Of a stretch of 64,000 bases of DNA, positions 40,111-50,176 are shown one piece after another; the stretch's first letter is position 1, and each line of letters starts with the position of its first letter. The notes beneath the pieces were generated by a model. The model made no database searches. It worked only from the letters and a program-made list of their open reading frames with translations, and had not been told where the DNA came from. Both the position numbers and the translations under genes were made by a program. Source of the DNA: an uncultured Gemmatimonadales bacterium (GTDB lineage Bacteria > Gemmatimonadota > Gemmatimonadetes > Gemmatimonadales > Gemmatimonadaceae); assembly GCA_963701965.1 (NCBI GenBank), contig OY969695.1:1344001-1408000 (forward strand), in the 5' to 3' direction.

Positions 40111-40959
40111 TTAGGTCCGCCAGGAAGGACCTAACACCCCGGCGACTGCGGCCTCGCTCCACGTCACCAGCTCCCGGGCGAGGCTTTCGTCGTCCGCCAA
40201 GGGGTTCGGCGGCGCCTCGCGACTCTTGTTGTAGTACCGGCCCGAAACCTTGGCCAGCTCCGGCGCCGTCGCGCAATACACCGTCGTTACCGCGCCCTTT
40301 TCGTTCGTGATCATGAACCGCTTCATGATCCACTGGACCGCCGGCGGCAGGTTGCGCCAGATATCCGACTTCACGACTCCCGGATGCAGCGCGTAGGTCG
40401 TCACGCGCGTTCCCGCGAGCCGGCGCGCCAGCTCCTTCGTGTACAAAACGTTCATGAGTTTCGACAACCCGTAGGCCGCGTAGCTGGTCTTGCGGACGCC
40501 GGGTTTCCGAAGCGCGCTCCAGTCGATCCTCTTGGCGTTGAACTGCGCTTGGCTGGCGACGTTCACCACCCGGCTCTGCGGCGCCTCCCGCAACCGCGGC
40601 AGCAGCATCTCGGTCAACACGAACGGCCCCAGATGGTTCGTCCCGAACGTCATCTCGAACCCATCGCGGGTAAGACCCGCTGCGCCGGCGACGCCCGCGT
40701 TGTTGATCAGCACATCGAGTGGTGCCCCCGATGCCAGCACCGTCTGCGCCGCCGCCCGCACCGACGCCAAATCGGCCAGGTCGATCGACAGCAACTCAAT
40801 GGTCGTGGCCGGAAATCGCGCGCGCAGATCGTCCGCGATCGGCGCCATCTTGTCGCGCGAGCGCGCCGCCGCGATGATCCGTCCGCCCCGCGCGGCCAGC
40901 GCTTCCAGCGTCGCGCGGCCGATGCCCGTGTTCGTGCCCGTGATGAGATACGTGGTCAC
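40111..40959 (-). CDS. Short-chain dehydrogenase/reductase
   Basis: ITGTNTGIG, DVLINNAG, YGLSK, HPGVV. Confidence 0.92.
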   Translation of the reverse strand: MTTYLITGTNTGIGRATLEALAARGGRIIAAARSRDKMAPIADDLRARFPATTIELLSIDLADLASVRAAAQTVLASGAPLDVLINNAGVAGAAGLTRDGFEMTFGTNHLGPFVLTEMLLPRLREAPQSRVVNVASQAQFNAKRIDWSALRKPGVRKTSYAAYGLSKLMNVLYTKELARRLAGTRVTTYALHPGVVKSDIWRNLPPAVQWIMKRFMITNEKGAVTTVYCATAPELAKVSGRYYNKSREAPPNPLADDESLARELVTWSEAAVAGVLGPSWRT

Positions 40960-40968
40960 AATGGCGTC

Positions 40969-43862
40969 CTAGAACGAGAGTCCGAGTCCGACAAAGGGAT
41001 CGAGCACCGGCGCCCCGTAACGTGCCCGGTTCGCGATCGGCGCGGCGAGCCCGAGACGCAACCGGTACGGAACGTCATACTGAAGCGTGGCGTCGAAATT
41101 GAGCTCGCCGCCGACGGACGCCAAGAGCCGCCGTTGCGCATCACCGGGCGAGCACGCCAGCGGCAGCGGGTTCACCGGACACCAGGCCTCGCCCGCATCG
41201 CCAAAGACCGTGAGCGACGTGCGCCCGAGGAACACGGGGAAAAGGTGCCAGCCGCGCGCGGGGACGAACAGGGGCAGCCGGTACTCGAGCGAGCCGACCG
41301 CGGCGCGCGTTCCTTCCTGCGCGTTCGGCGGGTAGCCCCGCACGCTGAACACGCGCGGTTGGTCGCCGACGTTCACTCCCGGCACCACCGCCAGGCCCAG
41401 GCCTGTGAGGCCGCCGGCGCCAAACTCCGCCGTCGCGTTCTCGTCTGCCCAACCCAGCGCGGCGCGCGCCGCGATCACATGGTGCGCGAACCCCGGAAGG
41501 TCGAGCGATTTATAGAGGCTGGTGACGCCGACGACGCTCCGTGAGGCGGCGGCGCTTGGCGTCTGCCACTGCCACTGCTGCTGTCCCGTCACCGAGAGCG
41601 ACACGCCGTCTTCGGGCGAGATGGCGAGGCCGGGGAGTTTCGCGTTCGACCAGGCCACGGTCGTGAACACCGATGGATACGTCGGCGACGAGCGAAACGT
41701 CGACGCCGGCTCCGTGTGATAGTTGCGGTACTGGAGCTCGGTCCCGACCGTCCACGAGAAATTCGTCCGCGCCCGGGGCCGGAGGAGCGTCGCGCTCAGC
41801 GTCGGGGCCAGCGTGTAGTGCACCAGCGTACCGACGATCGTTCCGTTGGCATCCTCAATGGTCTGGTGGGTCCAGTACTCGGACAACCCGACGCCGATCA
41901 CCGGGAGCCCGAAGCCGCCGTACGTGTAGCCGATCGCCGCCTCCGGCTCGCCGATGCGCACGGGATTGACGAGCACCTGCGCCGAGTACGCATGCCGCCC
42001 GACGACGTCGTACGCCAATGTCGACGCCCCCAGCTCGACGTCCCCCTGGTCGGACTGTCCGACGACCGGGGTCCAGTATCGGGGGATGAGGCCACTCCAC
42101 GGCCGGAACCGGCGCGACGGACTGGAGTCCTGGGCAATGGGCGCCATCGCCACGCTGTCCAGCAACGTGTCGCGCGGCGCCGGCACGCCCAGCGTCACAT
42201 CGAACGGGGTCACCGCAATGTGATAGCCGTCGCCCCGATAGGCGGCCACCGCCAGGGTCTTGCCGTCCGGCGAGATGGCCGGCGAGTACACGGCGGCGCC
42301 GGCGGTCCCCAGACGCACGAGCGCCGTGTCCCCGATCGTGGCGACATACAGCTCCGTGCGGCCGGTGCGATCGGACGTGAACACCACGCTCCGGCCATCC
42401 GGCGTCCACACCGGAGAATCCTGAACGGATCGACTGCGCGATAACACCTGCGCGATGGCGCCGGCCGTATCCAGGACGACGACATCCATGTATCCACCGC
42501 GCGTCCAACGGACCGCGGCGATGTGCTGCCCGTCCGGCGACCAGCGCGGCGTCTTCCATTGGGTATCGGGCGACCCTTGGGTGATCGGCACGATGCGGCG
42601 TCCGTCGGCCGAAACGAGCACGAGCCGCGTGCCCAGGGGGACGGCTTGCATCGCGACGATCGCGCTGTCGCCGGTCGGGCGGACGTCGGGCTCAGAAAGG
42701 CGCGCACCATGGGTCAAGCGCCGGTCGTGCCGGTGGTCCGCGCGGTAGAGATCCGACCGCGTATCGTACGGCAATGTGAGTTCCAAGTCGTCGTAGACGA
42801 ACGTGCCCGGGGCCAAGGGATCGTTGAGGGACAAGCCATTGCGCCGGTCGAGCCGGCGCTCGCGGCCGTCGAGCCCCACCGCGTAGAGGCCGGGCACGTC
42901 CCGTGACGTGTTGGCCGAGAACACGACGGTGCTCGAATCGCGCCAGCGCGGAAAGAGCGCCTCATATCCGTCGTGGGTCAGCGGCCGCAGCGCCAAGTGC
43001 GGCTCGGGCGGCGGCGTGCCTTCGTACTGGCGGTCGAGCGAATCCCGGAACTCGGCCCACGCCGCCTCGAACGTCACGCCGAAGGCCTTGCGTGCCGCGT
43101 GGTTGAGAAAGAACGGGATCGGCTGCCCGCTCGACTGCTCGATGAACGCGGGGATGGAGGCCGCCCCGCGCGTTTTCGCGATATACTCGAACAGCAACGA
43201 CCCGTAGGCGTAGGGCCCTTGGCCCTGGGGCCACACCGGCGACGTGAGGTTCACCTCATCGAGTCGCGGCAGGACGGTGTCCCGGGCCGCGGCTTCGGCG
43301 ATCGTCGTGTGCACGGTGCCATTGAGCCGGCCGAATCCGGTGAGTCGCGACTCGTAGTACACCGCCAACCCCTCGGTCAGCCAGGCGGGCGTGTAGAGGT
43401 TGGGCATGAAGAGCGGGTTGCGCCCAAAGATGTCCTGGGCCACGCTCCACCAGCCGCGCGTCCGGTCGAGATGGAAGATGTGGGTCAGCTCGTGCTGGAC
43501 GACGAGCGCGTTCCAGTCGCCGTAGTACCACAACTCCTGCGCGTCGATCGGCGGATGCGCGTACAGCAAATGTGGTTCGTGGGAAACGGCGTGGCCGACC
43601 CGTTCGTGAAGTCGACGTTGTCGGACAGCACGAGGTCGATGCGCCCGCGGGGCGGCGTCAGCTCCCGGGCCAGGGCGGTGTAGGCGCGCTCGGCGTTGAC
43701 GGCGGCGCGCCGCGCCAAGGCCTCCAGCGGCGGCGTGAAGACGACGCGAAAATGCGCCGTGCGAATCTCGCGCCAGTGGTCACCGGGATCGACTTGGGCG
43801 CCAAGTGATCCCGTCACGAGACCGAGCGCGAAGGCCAGTCGCGCGACGCCCCACCGCGTCAC
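40969..43862 (-). CDS. Outer-membrane protein: gluzincin-like domain + TolB/PD40 propeller + Omp85-like barrel; frameshift at ~43569
   Basis: Signal peptide; HELTH...EGLAVY; PRWSPDG, PVWTPDG and PAISPDG repeats; VRGY motif; terminal Phe. Confidence 0.75.
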
Positions 43863-45475
43863 TGCTTGGCGAGTGACCGGAAATACGCCTCGAGCCCCTC
43901 GGCGACGCCGAGGGCATACGCGCGTTGAAACTCCGGGGTCCGGAGCGCCGCCTCCTGTTGCGGCACGATGATGAATCCGCCCTCGCACAGGATCGCCGGC
44001 ATCCACGTGGGCCGCGCCAGCGCCAGGTTGTCGTAGAAGATGCCGCGGTCGAATAGCCCCAGGTGGCGCACCATGCCCGCCTGGACGGCGCGGGCCAGCG
44101 GCGCCGACTGCGGCTGATAGAAGTACGTCCCTGTCCCCATCGCGACGAACGGGTTCGCGCCATCGGGCAGCGCGTTGAGATGGATCGAGACCAGCACCGC
44201 GGCGTTGGCCCGGCGCGCCATGATCGGGCGTGCGGTCAGCTCCACGGGATCGGGCGTCGTCCGGGTCATCACCACCGTAGCACCGCGCGCGGTGAGAATC
44301 GAGTCCAGTCGCTGCCCGACGGCCAGCGTGGCGACCGCTTCATAGAGGCCGGTTGGACCAGTGGACCCGATCGGCGGATGCCCCGGGTCGACCGCGATGA
44401 CCTGTCCGCGGAGCGGGTGGGCCGGATCGACCTTCGGGGGCCGGCGGATCCGGAGGACCAGGCGACGACCGACGCTATCCCACACCGCGAGGTACCCGAA
44501 CGGCGGCCGGTTGAGATGGATGATGAGGCGCGCCCGGTCGTTGGTGAGCTGTTCCCAGCCGATGACGCGCACCAGACTGTCGCGGGAGTCATACTGTATG
44601 AGATCGATCGACGCCCGCGTGCCGTAGAGCGTGAGGACGAGATCGTTCCCGCTCTCCTCGACGAGGTAGGGCGGGCGGTCGCCCACGGGGACAATGACGT
44701 CGGCGTAGTCGGGAGAGGCGGTCACGCGGGCGGCGGTGACGATCCAATGTGGCGGGGGCAGGATCGCTGCCCCAAGGTGCGCGTCGCTGGCCGAGACCCA
44801 GGCATCGAGGGACGAGTCCAGGCGGACCCGGATGAATCCTCCGGCGCGCCCGGTGATCTGAAACACCGTGCCCGGAAAAAAGAACCATTTGTAGGTGCCG
44901 CCCGGCGTGGGGCGGGCAATGATCACGCGATCGGTATCGGAGGCCAGGTTGGCGGATCCCATATCCGGCAGGCCGAGAGCCTCGTAAAGTCCACTGTCGG
45001 GAAATGGGGGGCGGGTGGCGACCGTCTCCGCGGTATCCGGCGCGAAGAGGGGCGGGATCCGGACCGGTTGCGTGGCTCTAACCGTATCGTTTCCTTGTAC
45101 GGCGACCAGGTCGTATCGGGCGGTCGCGCTATCGGGCACCCGGAGCCAGGCCAGGAATGCGCCGTTGGGCTCGACGGGAACGGGCACGCTGTTGATGGTG
45201 AGCGTGGCGTCGCCGGTGCCGACCGAGCCGAGGATGAAGTTCGAGTCGCGCACGGCGACGGTCGCGCCGGCATGGGGATACACGACGGTTATGACGGGAC
45301 GGCCGCTGACGTGCGGAATGGGTGGGAGCGGCGGCGGTGTGGTGGCGACGGCCGCCGCAGTGTCCGCCGGCGAGGGGGCGGCGGGAGCAGGGCGGGTGCG
45401 CGGCCCGGGGGCGCTGGTACAGGCTGCCCCGAGGCCCAAGCAGGTCGCCGCGAAGAGGCGGGCGCGGCATGGCAC
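43859..45475 (-). CDS. N-acetylmuramoyl-L-alanine amidase (Amidase_3) lipoprotein
   Basis: Lipobox GAAC; IAVDPGH, LYE, VMTR, SIHLNA, PAILCE. Confidence 0.9.
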   Translation of the reverse strand: MPCRARLFAATCLGLGAACTSAPGPRTRPAPAAPSPADTAAAVATTPPPLPPIPHVSGRPVITVVYPHAGATVAVRDSNFILGSVGTGDATLTINSVPVPVEPNGAFLAWLRVPDSATARYDLVAVQGNDTVRATQPVRIPPLFAPDTAETVATRPPFPDSGLYEALGLPDMGSANLASDTDRVIIARPTPGGTYKWFFFPGTVFQITGRAGGFIRVRLDSSLDAWVSASDAHLGAAILPPPHWIVTAARVTASPDYADVIVPVGDRPPYLVEESGNDLVLTLYGTRASIDLIQYDSRDSLVRVIGWEQLTNDRARLIIHLNRPPFGYLAVWDSVGRRLVLRIRRPPKVDPAHPLRGQVIAVDPGHPPIGSTGPTGLYEAVATLAVGQRLDSILTARGATVVMTRTTPDPVELTARPIMARRANAAVLVSIHLNALPDGANPFVAMGTGTYFYQPQSAPLARAVQAGMVRHLGLFDRGIFYDNLALARPTWMPAILCEGGFIIVPQQEAALRTPEFQRAYALGVAEGLEAYFRSLAKQ

Positions 45476-45578
45476 GGACGGGAAGGTACCCTTCCCAGCG
45501 CGTCGAGTCGAGGTGACATTCGCTACGCTGGCCTAGTCTATCAACGATCGGTTCCCGGGGGAGTCAGGGAGTGACCGT

Positions 45579-47201
45579 GTGAGCGCCGTGAAGACTTGCC
45601 CGACCTGCGGCACGGAGTACCCGGCGTCCGAGCGCTTCTGTCCGCGCGACGGTGCCGCGTTGCGTTCCGCGGACGCGCAGGCCGACTTGGTCGGTCAGAT
45701 CGTCGCCGAGCGGTATCACGTCCTCCGGAAGCTGGGCGAAGGCGGGATGGGTCAGGTCTATCTCGCTGAGCACGTACGCATGGGGCGCCAGAGCGCGGTC
45801 AAGGTCATGAGCCCGGGATTGGCGCGCGATCCGGATGCGGTGAGCCGCTTCAACCGCGAGGCGGCGAACGCGAGCCGCATCACGCATCCCAACGTCGCCG
45901 CGATTTACGACTTCGGCGAGACGTCCGACGGGCTCATCTACCTGGCGATGGAATTCGTCGAGGGCGAGCCGCTGACGGCGCTGATCAAGTCTCTGGGCTC
46001 CCTGCCGATCGCCCGGGCCGTGGATATCGCGCGACAGACGGCGGACGCGCTCACCGTCGCCCACGAGCTAGGCATCGTGCACCGGGATCTCAAGCCCGAC
46101 AACATCATGATCGCGCGTGGGCGTGAGGGCGCGGATGTGGTGAAGGTCGTCGACTTCGGGATCGCCAAGGCCAACGGCGGAGATTCCCAGAAGGTCACAC
46201 GGACCGGCATGGTCGTGGGGACGCCCGAGTACATGAGCCCCGAGCAGCTGGCCGGGGACAAGCTCGATGGGCGGAGCGACATCTACTCGCTGGGCCTCGT
46301 GACGTTCGTCATGTTGACGGGCAAGCTGCCGTTCCCCAGCGACACGGCGCAGGAGGCGATGCTCATGCGCCTCATGGAAAAGCCCAAGACCCTGGCCGAG
46401 ATGCGGCCGGACGTGGCCTGGACGCCGCAGTTGCAGGCAGTCATGGACAAGGTGCTGGCGCGCGACCAGGCGCAGCGATATGGCATCGCCGCGGAGTTCG
46501 GCGCCGATCTGGTGCGGGTCGCTCAAGGGATCGGCACGCCACCCCGGGCCAGCGCCAGTCCGCTCAAGACCGTTGCCATGGCGGCGCCCCCGACCGTGCC
46601 GGCCACCCGGGTCGTCGCCACGACCGAGGCGCCGAGCGTGCCGCGGCCAAAGGCGGCGCCGTCGCGCGCCGGCCTGTTCGTTGGCATCGCGGCTGCCGTC
46701 GTGATCGCCGCCGGCGGAACGGCCGCGGTGCTCACGCGGGGGCATGCCGCCGTGGTTCCGCCGCCGGCTCATGCCGACAGCGGGGCGGTCGCCATCAAAC
46801 CTCCTCCATCGCAACCACCACCCGCGCCGGTCGACACCGTCGTCCCGGTCAGCAACACCGACCGCCGGGACGCCCACACAAGTCCCCGGCGGACGCCGGC
46901 GCCAGGACCATCGGTCCCGTCGACGAACCCGGCGGGCGACGTGGGCGCGAGCTTGCATCGGTTGCACAGCCTGATTGACGACAATCAGGCGACCGATGCC
47001 CTGGCGCTCGTGGACTCTCTGTACCCGCGGCTCACGACCAACGCGCAGCGGGCCGACGCGCTGTTCTATAAGGCGCAGGCACTCGGTCAAGAGAAGAAAC
47101 AAGATGAGGCCTGCGCCGTATTGAGAGAAGACAGCAGTCTGTACGCGCCCGGAACCGGAATGCGAGAGCCGGTCAACGCCTACTTGAAGGCCTGTCAGTG
47201 A
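45579..47201 (+). CDS. Membrane-anchored Hanks-type Ser/Thr kinase with N-terminal Zn ribbon
   Basis: CPTC...CPRD; LGEGGMGQVY, AVKV, HRDLKPDN, DFG, GTPEYMSPEQ; TM helix; short C-terminal helical domain. Confidence 0.95.
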   Translation: MSAVKTCPTCGTEYPASERFCPRDGAALRSADAQADLVGQIVAERYHVLRKLGEGGMGQVYLAEHVRMGRQSAVKVMSPGLARDPDAVSRFNREAANASRITHPNVAAIYDFGETSDGLIYLAMEFVEGEPLTALIKSLGSLPIARAVDIARQTADALTVAHELGIVHRDLKPDNIMIARGREGADVVKVVDFGIAKANGGDSQKVTRTGMVVGTPEYMSPEQLAGDKLDGRSDIYSLGLVTFVMLTGKLPFPSDTAQEAMLMRLMEKPKTLAEMRPDVAWTPQLQAVMDKVLARDQAQRYGIAAEFGADLVRVAQGIGTPPRASASPLKTVAMAAPPTVPATRVVATTEAPSVPRPKAAPSRAGLFVGIAAAVVIAAGGTAAVLTRGHAAVVPPPAHADSGAVAIKPPPSQPPPAPVDTVVPVSNTDRRDAHTSPRRTPAPGPSVPSTNPAGDVGASLHRLHSLIDDNQATDALALVDSLYPRLTTNAQRADALFYKAQALGQEKKQDEACAVLREDSSLYAPGTGMREPVNAYLKACQ

Positions 47202-48340
47202 GCGCTCCGATCGTCGTGCACGTCTACGGCATCACGGACGTCGGCCGCACGCGCGAGCACAACGAGGACGCGTTCGCCGTCGCCGATCTCACCCTCGGGC
47301 AACCGATGGTGTTCCCTGAGGAGAAGACCCAGGTCCCGGGCAAGCACGGCACGCTGTTCATGGTCGCCGACGGGATGGGCGGGGCGGCGGCCGGCGAGAT
47401 CGCCAGCTCGATGGCCGTCGAGGTGATCCTGTCGGAGCTCCGGCGCCGGTGGACGACGACGGCGGGCGGCGACCCGCAAGTCTTCGCGGTCACGCTCCAC
47501 GACGCCACCGAGGTGGCCAACGCCCGGATTCACGCCTACGCCACCGAGCATCCCGAGAATCGCGGGATGGGGACCACGGCGACCGTCGCCGGCATTCTCG
47601 GCGACACGTTGTACATCGCGCAGGTCGGCGACAGCCGCGCCTATCTCTTCCGCGAGGGCGCCGCGCGGCAGATCACCAAGGACCAGTCGCTGATGCAGCG
47701 CCTGATCGAGGCCGGCGAGATCACTGCCGAAGAAGCCGAGGTGAGCGAGCGCCGCAACATTATCCTCCAGGCGCTGGGCCCGGAGGCCGCGATCAAAGTC
47801 GACGTCACCCACCAACAACTGCGGCGCGGCGACATTCTCGTCCTGTGCAGCGACGGGCTGTCCGGCGTCGTCCGGGACAACGAGATCGCCCGGGTGGCCC
47901 GCGAGTCGCCCGACCTCGTGAGTCTCTGCACGCAGCTGATCGACCTGGCCAACGAGAGCGGCGGTCCGGACAACATCACGGTGGTCGCCGCCCGCTTCGA
48001 CGGCGAGGGACTACTTCCCCCGTCAGCCAGTGACGAAGTCGGACATCAGGCGTTCCAAGTAGGTGAGGACACGCCCGTCACGCCGCACGAAAGCCTGGAC
48101 AGCCTGGCCGCAGGCCAGCTGCCCTCGACGCTGCCATCCCCGATACCGGCCATGAACGCGGACGCGTTGGCCGGCGCCGCGCTGCCGGAGACCGCGGTGA
48201 TGCGCAGCATCCCCCGCCCCGCCACGGCCGATGCCCCGCCGCCCCCGGCCGGCCGCCGGCGCCGGGCCGCCGTCCTCGTGATTGCCGTCGCCGCCATCGC
48301 CGTGTTGGTCTTGGGTCTCGTCGCCTACCTGCGCAAGTAA
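47198..48340 (+). CDS. PP2C-family Ser/Thr phosphatase with C-terminal TM
   Basis: TDVGRTREHNED, VADGMGG, GMGTT, VGDSRAY, CSDGL, GGPDNIT. Confidence 0.95.
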   Translation: MSAPIVVHVYGITDVGRTREHNEDAFAVADLTLGQPMVFPEEKTQVPGKHGTLFMVADGMGGAAAGEIASSMAVEVILSELRRRWTTTAGGDPQVFAVTLHDATEVANARIHAYATEHPENRGMGTTATVAGILGDTLYIAQVGDSRAYLFREGAARQITKDQSLMQRLIEAGEITAEEAEVSERRNIILQALGPEAAIKVDVTHQQLRRGDILVLCSDGLSGVVRDNEIARVARESPDLVSLCTQLIDLANESGGPDNITVVAARFDGEGLLPPSASDEVGHQAFQVGEDTPVTPHESLDSLAAGQLPSTLPSPIPAMNADALAGAALPETAVMRSIPRPATADAPPPPAGRRRRAAVLVIAVAAIAVLVLGLVAYLRK

Positions 48341-48352
48341 GCACGACGCGCG

Positions 48353-49661
48353 ATGCGCATCGTCCTCCGCGTTCTGAGCGGCGCGCGCGCCGGCCATACC
48401 GCGCGGTTCGACCGCGCCCACGTCGCGATCGGTCGGCACCCGACGAGCGACTTTCAGCTGGATCCGGCGAAAGACCGCGATGTGTCGGGCAAGCACGCCG
48501 AGATCATCGCCCGGAACGGCGGATACGCGATCCGCGACGCCGGCAGCACCAATGGCACCTGGGTCAACGGCCAGAAGCTCGAAGGGGAGCGGATCCTGGC
48601 GGCCGGCGACGTGGTCGCCCTCGGCGCCACGGGCCCAAAGCTGGAAATCGCCATCGAACGCGGCAGCCGGTGGACGGCGCGCCGCCTGTGGCGGACCGCC
48701 GGCGGGGTCGCCGGACTGGCGGGATTCGCGATCGGGATCGCCGTCACCTATTCGGCCACGCACCGCGAAGCCAAGAAACGCGAGTCGGCGCTCGATGCCC
48801 TGCTCCGGCGGAGCGACAGCGTGAACGCGGTGCTGTCGGCCGGCATGCGCGACGTCAACGGGCGCGTCTCGGGTTTGGACAGCGCCCTCTCCGCCGCCCG
48901 CGGCGAGAGCGACTCGCTCCGCGCCCACCTGATCGCCACGCGCACGGGCACGAATGGCCAGAGCGCCGCCGTGCACCGGGCCGCGGAACAGCTCCAGCAC
49001 GCCGAGTCCCGCGAGCAACTGTTGGCGACGGCCTCACGGGTCGACTACGCCCGCATCTCGCGGCTCGATGGACCCGCCGTGGTCTTGATCGCGGTGGAGA
49101 TGCCGGATGGTCACGCCTTCACCGGCACCGGGTTCTCCGTGGCCAGCGGCGGCCTCGTGGTCACCAACCGCCATTCTCATGCGCGCCGATGACGGCGCCG
49201 CCGCCCAGCGCGTCCTCGTCATCTTCTCCGATACGAAGCGATGGCTCCCTGCCCACGTCTTGCGCGTGGCCACCGATGCCGATCTCGCTTTTCTCCAGAT
49301 CGACGAACCCGGATCCTATCCGGCCGTGGCCCCGCCGCGGGGCGCCATCGCGCCCCCCGCGGTCGGCGCCCCGACCGCGATCATCGGGTATCCGTTGGGG
49401 ATCGACCTGCCGATGGAGGGCAGCGGCACGGCGATCACCGCGCGCTCGACCCTGGCGGTCGGCACGCTGAGCAAAGTGCTCGATGATGTGATCCAGATCG
49501 ACGCCTACGCCGGCGAGGGGTCGAGCGGCAGTCCGGTGCTGGACCGGAACGGCGCCGTGATCGGCGTGGTCTACGGTGGCGCGCGCGAAAGCGCCGGCCG
49601 GATCGTCTATGCGGTGCCGGCCGGCGTGTTGGCGAACGAGCTCAAGACGTTGGGGACGTGA
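48353..49661 (+). CDS. FHA domain - TM - coiled coil - trypsin-like serine protease; +1 frameshift at ~49175
   Basis: FHA: IGR, VSGKHA, GSTNGTWVNG. Trypsin triad: GTGF...TNRH, DADLA, GSSGSPV. Removing one T in CATTCT (49172-49177) joins the two ORFs. Confidence 0.82.
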
Positions 49662-49670
49662 TCGGGCCGG

Positions 49671-50087
49671 CTACTGGCCGTTGCTGACCTGCCAGGCGTC
49701 CGTCGCGCCACCGTTGTTGCAGACCCAGGTGCCCTGGCCAAACTTGGGATTCCCCTGGTCCAGAATGCCGGTGAACGTCGCGCCGCCGGTGTTGCCGACG
49801 GGACAGGGCCCCTGCCACGACACATCGCCGAAGCTGTCGGTGACCTGGCCCGTGAAGCCCGCGGGATTGCTGGTCACGACACCGTTGGTGACGACCAGTT
49901 GCGCGGCGTCGGGGAAGTTCTGCTCCGACCCGTTGGCGTTGAGCTGATACGAATAGTCGTACGTGCCATCGAACGCGCCGGCGGAGCCGCCACCCGTGGC
50001 GTCGGTCCCGGGCAGCGACACGCACCCGGTGGCGCCACTCAGCGCCAATGCCAGCGCACAGCCGACAACAGAATCCCCGAGCCTCAC
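49671..50087 (-). CDS. Hypothetical small lipoprotein
   Basis: GAGG SD, lipobox ATGC, beta-rich domain with two Cys. Confidence 0.65.
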   Translation of the reverse strand: MRLGDSVVGCALALALSGATGCVSLPGTDATGGGSAGAFDGTYDYSYQLNANGSEQNFPDAAQLVVTNGVVTSNPAGFTGQVTDSFGDVSWQGPCPVGNTGGATFTGILDQGNPKFGQGTWVCNNGGATDAWQVSNGQ

Positions 50088-50176
50088 GTTCCACCTCGTC
50101 TTGAGCGATTGTGGTCTTTGGTTTCCCGATCGCTTGACGAGAGATCCCGCGAGGCGTCACGACACCGCGACGCCCC

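Noticed and set aside
5691..49177. Programmed ribosomal frameshifting in the split genes
   Set aside because: The shared hexamer occurs on opposite strands and in different codon phases. Only the IS3 A7 site fits programmed frameshifting.
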